DNA of 30,607 nt from a virus, in IMG/VR virus record IMGVR_UViG_3300045988_025679, positions 1 to 30,607 of that record; one strand, given 5' to 3'. The notes beneath the pieces were generated by a model. It did not search any database and was not told the origin of the DNA. It saw only the letters and a program-made list of their open reading frames with translations. Both the position numbers and the translations under genes were made by a program. Within the stretch, counting starts at the first letter, position 1, and each line of letters opens with the position of its first letter. Below are positions 29,660 through 30,607 of this stretch, one piece after another.

Positions 29660-30042
29660 TACTTTTCCTCCTTGTTGTCTTTTGAGAAAATCCATTCAAG
29701 TGTTTTGAACAGTTCTTCGTTTTGTTTTTTCTGCTCTTTCAGTAAGGCTTTATGCTTTTTTAGATCCACTCCGCCAAACCATGCGTCCATATTGCTCAGG
29801 CCATACATGATTTGTTCTTCTTGAGTGAAAGGAAGGTTGTTCTGGTCATGCCCTTCTGGATCTAGAACGAAATCATATTCATCTGGAGTTCCGCAGCCAT
29901 TCTGCAGATTGAAGTACTGGATGTGTCCATCGTCATCCAGGTACAATCTGTCGTGTTCGTTTGTTCCGACCATGTGAATGCATTTCGTGCAGTAATCTCT
30001 CACGTAGATGGCCGGCATCTTTATACAGTCAAAAATCATCAT
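29659..30042 (-). CDS. Hypothetical protein
   Basis: 127-aa ORF with a TAATG overlap with the downstream dUTPase-like gene. No motif was recognised. Confidence 0.55.
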   Translation of the reverse strand: MMIFDCIKMPAIYVRDYCTKCIHMVGTNEHDRLYLDDDGHIQYFNLQNGCGTPDEYDFVLDPEGHDQNNLPFTQEEQIMYGLSNMDAWFGGVDLKKHKALLKEQKKQNEELFKTLEWIFSKDNKEEK

Positions 30043-30077
30043 TCTCGATTTCTCCTTTAAAACTTCGCCATTCTTCG

Positions 30078-30506
30078 TCAGAACGGAAGGTCATCCGATG
30101 CAATCTCAAGAGCATCAACTTCGGCTTGTTGAGTCAAACTTTGCGCATACTGCACATTCGATTGATTGTGATTACTTGCCTGAGTTCCATACGATTGATT
30201 CTGAGCGTAACTTTGAGTGCCATAGGTGTTTGTAACTTCTAGAGTGTTCTGCCCGTTAAAATCATTTCTAGGTGTCAAAAACTGTACATTCTCTGCAACA
30301 ACTTCTGTGACATAGACTTTTTGCCCTTGCTGGTTGTCGTATGAGCGTGTATTGATTCGGCCTTCAATGCCTAGCTGATTCCCTTTCTTCTGGTACAGTT
30401 GGATGTTGTCGGCCAGTTTGTTCCATGCAACGCAGTTGATGAAATCAGCATCTTGTGTTCCATCTTGGTTCTGTCTTCGATTGACTGCCAAAGTAAACGA
30501 ACACAC
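30078..30506 (-). CDS. ssb: Single-stranded DNA-binding protein, apparently 5'-truncated
   Basis: It has an OB-fold core (FTLAVNRR...DFINCVAWNKLADN...LGIEGRINTRSYDNQQGQKVYVTEVVAENVQFL), a Q/N/Y-rich linker and the acidic tail DDLPF. SSB-like sequence (VRDPELRKTTNGTS) continues in frame upstream of the GTG at 30506. That upstream stretch has no start codon and runs into an in-frame TAA at 30567-30569. Confidence 0.8.
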   Translation of the reverse strand: MCSFTLAVNRRQNQDGTQDADFINCVAWNKLADNIQLYQKKGNQLGIEGRINTRSYDNQQGQKVYVTEVVAENVQFLTPRNDFNGQNTLEVTNTYGTQSYAQNQSYGTQASNHNQSNVQYAQSLTQQAEVDALEIASDDLPF

Positions 30507-30607
30507 GCTTGTTCCGTTTGTTGTTTTTCTGAGTTCTGGATCACGTACTAAGTGTTGATTGCCAAATTAATTGAATATGAAAACCAATAATCTAATCACA
30601 TTAAATG

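Noticed and set aside
1-30607. CRISPR arrays, tRNA/rRNA genes, or IS/transposase elements
   Set aside because: By eye I found no regularly spaced repeats, no cloverleaf-like GC-rich segments of 70-90 nt, and no transposase-like ORFs. The only repeats found are those listed above.

Overview
This AT-rich window holds the late region and part of the early region of a siphovirus-type phage or prophage of a low-GC Gram-positive (Bacillota) host. Almost every gene is on the minus strand and read right to left. The order is a 5'-damaged ssb, small early genes (dimeric dUTPase-like, HNH, DUF551, Zn-ribbon proteins), a sigma/ArpU-like late activator, an orphan 272-aa gene, then terS, terL, portal and a MuF/gp7 minor head protein. 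These are followed by a Prp-like protease, scaffold, major capsid, four head-tail joining proteins, major tail, G/GT chaperones, tape measure, Dit, Tal, tail fibre, small accessory genes and a holin/endolysin lysis cassette. The main finding is at 3045-6655. An intact tyrosine recombinase on the plus strand abuts a 1.13-kb segment bounded by a perfect 37-bp inverted repeat. That segment holds three promoterless alternative C-terminal cassettes of the tail-fibre gene in alternating orientation, and all four ends share a GTATGTC-W-TTTAC site. This reads as an Rci-type shufflon switching the receptor-binding tip of a Gram-positive phage tail fibre among four variants. Secondary findings are a phage-encoded Prp-like protease with LQ(M/L)FA motifs on scaffold, capsid and major tail protein; a MuF protein with a RadC/JAB-like C-terminal HNHP domain; a DUF2829 (Tad2-family-like) gene; a TTTTTTA -1 frameshift site in the tail chaperone; and an ssb gene with no usable 5' end next to the window edge. 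No integrase/repressor lysogeny module, tRNA or CRISPR array is visible. All product calls rest on motif recognition and gene order, not on database searches.
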